A stretch of 63,821 nt of DNA, filler included, from Hyphochytrium catenoides (lineage: Eukaryota; Protista; Hyphochytriomycota): the NCBI GenBank assembly GCA_900088475.1. It is 19 parts of 19 records of this genome, joined end to end, with 100 filler letters (N's around TTAATTAATTAA, not from the genome) between each part and the next. Parts side by side here need not be neighbours in the genome. Positions count along the whole stretch, not along the records: positions 62,268 to 63,821 come from FLMG01002628.1; 18 more parts are not named here. One strand, 5' to 3'. The translations under genes and the position numbers were made by a program. The notes under the pieces were generated by a model. The model saw only the letters and a list, made by a program, of their open reading frames with translations. It had not been told where the DNA came from and searched no databases. This document shows positions 62,168-63,821 of the stretch, one piece after another. How positions within the stretch are numbered: position 1 is the first letter of the stretch; the number at the start of each line of letters is the position of its first letter.

Positions 62168-63821
62168 NNNNNNNNNNNNNNNNNNNNNNNNNNNNNNNNN
62201 NNNNNNNNNNNTTAATTAATTAANNNNNNNNNNNNNNNNNNNNNNNNNNNNNNNNNNNNNNNNNNNNCCCAACTATGGTGTTCTCGATGGCCTGTACCCA
62301 GGCATTTTATTGGTACAGGTACTATCACAGGCAAGAAGAGATAGAGCGAGGGGTAGATGCGAGGAGGACGGACCAAGCGAGAGAAGAGAAGTAGGGGAGA
62401 GGACGAGCGAGGAGAAGAGGCAGGGAAGAGTTAGCGTCTTCTGTGTGGAGAGAGGGAGAGGTAACAAACGCCGCCTTTAATAAAGTTCTTAGTTGTAACC
62501 ACCACAAAGTAGTTATCGAGACAAGAACTGAGGGATGATCAAGGCATTAATAACTGTATACAGTACAACTATGTTCGTCTAGTTTTGTTGGGCTGTCTCT
62601 CAACGTGCGGTAAGCCTTAGTTCTAGGGATGTTCCGGTAGTTAGTAAGTAAAGCCCTTAACCTAGTACTGTTATAATCTATAATAAAGAAAAACGGTTAT
62701 AGGATCTTCACGTGGCCGCTTCATCACTCATCTTCCTGGAAGTATGAGATCATAATAACGAAAGCCTTACCAATCCTCCCTCTCTAAGCCTGCGTGGGTA
62801 ATAAGAATTGATGAGTGGTGCTGCTGCTGCTGCATAAGGAAGAAGAGTTCATCAAGATAGCAGGGACCGCTGCACAGAATTAATGATGTGTCCATCGTCA
62901 TCATGGGCTCGCTGCTGCGATTCAGAACTCGTCTTCATGCAGCGATTCGCACTGGTGACTAAGTAACAGGGTGGTTCATCTTGAGAACATGATGATCAAT
63001 ATTAAGAACGAGGAGTGAGGCTCGGTGTCGGGCCGTAGGACTGCAGTTTGTTCCCTTCGTCTGGGAATCCTTTGTAGGTGCTATGCGCTATTATGTGGTG
63101 AGGCGTTCCTGACTATGTTGTGGAGATGATGGCTTGTAAAGCCGAAGCTTTATAGCTTCAATGTGATCGTTCCTCCGTTGTTGAGGCTTCTCGGCATAAT
63201 AACCATTCTTGGTCTCGGGAGATGCGCTGCAGGATTCTGTACCGTATTCCTGCTCATCAGGTTTAGACCCTGCTTTTCTTGCTTGTCTGGCAAATAATGA
63301 TGATAGATACTCTTGATGTCTTCTCTTCCACCACCATCCCCCAATTTGGGTAGGGCACAGGGTCTGGAAAGAGCGAGTGTGACGGTAGAGCCAGTATAAT
63401 TGGTGCAAGCTACACAGATCGGAAACAAAAAGCTTTTCCAAATCATGGAAGTCACGACTGAGGCCTTGTTGCAACAAGGACACCGTTCTCGTTGGCATTG
63501 TGGCAAATCCTGGACGTCTGGCCCCTTATTACTGCTTAATAGATCTCAACCTGGGTTGGTATAGTTTCTCCCAGAGCAGGGTACTGTCAACAAGGCAACA
63601 TACTTCAAGGATAGACAAGCCGATTTTCCTGAGCCAGGATGAAGTTAATCTCCGGGATTGCCGATCCCCCTTACTTCTATTATGTCTCTCCTCTGTTTTA
63701 AATGTTTGGTGCACACATGGAGGACCCCTTCTTTAAAGGCGCCAATGTGATGCTGTCCTTGCAGAGAGGCCACTATAGCACTTGCTAGATGTTTGCAAGG
63801 TAGGCTAGGGGAAGTTATTGC

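Larger units (their letters stand above)
8400..62267. other. 18 artificial scaffold linkers (N44-TTAATTAATTAA-N44) starting at 8400, 16815, 21374, 24207, 27974, 29827, 31024, 38023, 42366, 45117, 48749, 50767, 53240, 55714, 56839, 58851, 60641, 62168
   Basis: Same 100-bp structure each time, with a 12-mer that puts stops in all six frames. Genes are cut off at these points. Confidence 0.98.

Noticed and set aside
62800-63821. Short Cys-containing minus-strand ORFs; similar fragments at 21560-23070, 31660-32400 and 43993-44734
   Set aside because: Multiple stops and frameshifts, with no recognisable domain or consistent splice model.

Overview
This window is not one continuous locus. It is 19 short scaffolds of a microbial eukaryote (protist-like; lineage not determinable here) joined by 18 artificial 100-bp linkers (N44-TTAATTAATTAA-N44), so adjacency across a linker means nothing. 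Most scaffolds are saturated with (GA)n/(CT)n microsatellite, which explains most of the supplied poly-SL/poly-ER ORFs. Hand-splicing gives these genes: a 1067-aa membrane protein with a MORN-like segment and a DUF900-type hydrolase domain; a PH+C2 protein; CHCHD2/Mix17; an intronless secreted bacterial-type GH13_5 alpha-amylase; a cAMP-receptor-like GPCR; a REXO1/5-type exonuclease; a peroxisomal (SKL) carnitine acyltransferase; a KCNH/CNG-type channel; a probable URM1 first exon; and several hypothetical proteins. Mobile DNA comprises nested and inverted Ty1/copia fragments with two LTR families, a Gypsy-like gag, a CRE/R2-type LINE end, and weaker Penelope-like and tyrosine-recombinase relics. 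No CRISPR array, rRNA or tRNA was seen. I cannot confirm a new biological system. The best leads are introns bracketed by complementary GA and CT tracts, a phase-consistent GA-AG intron, an amylase signal peptide apparently built from CT microsatellite, and a doubly inverted-repeat copia structure.
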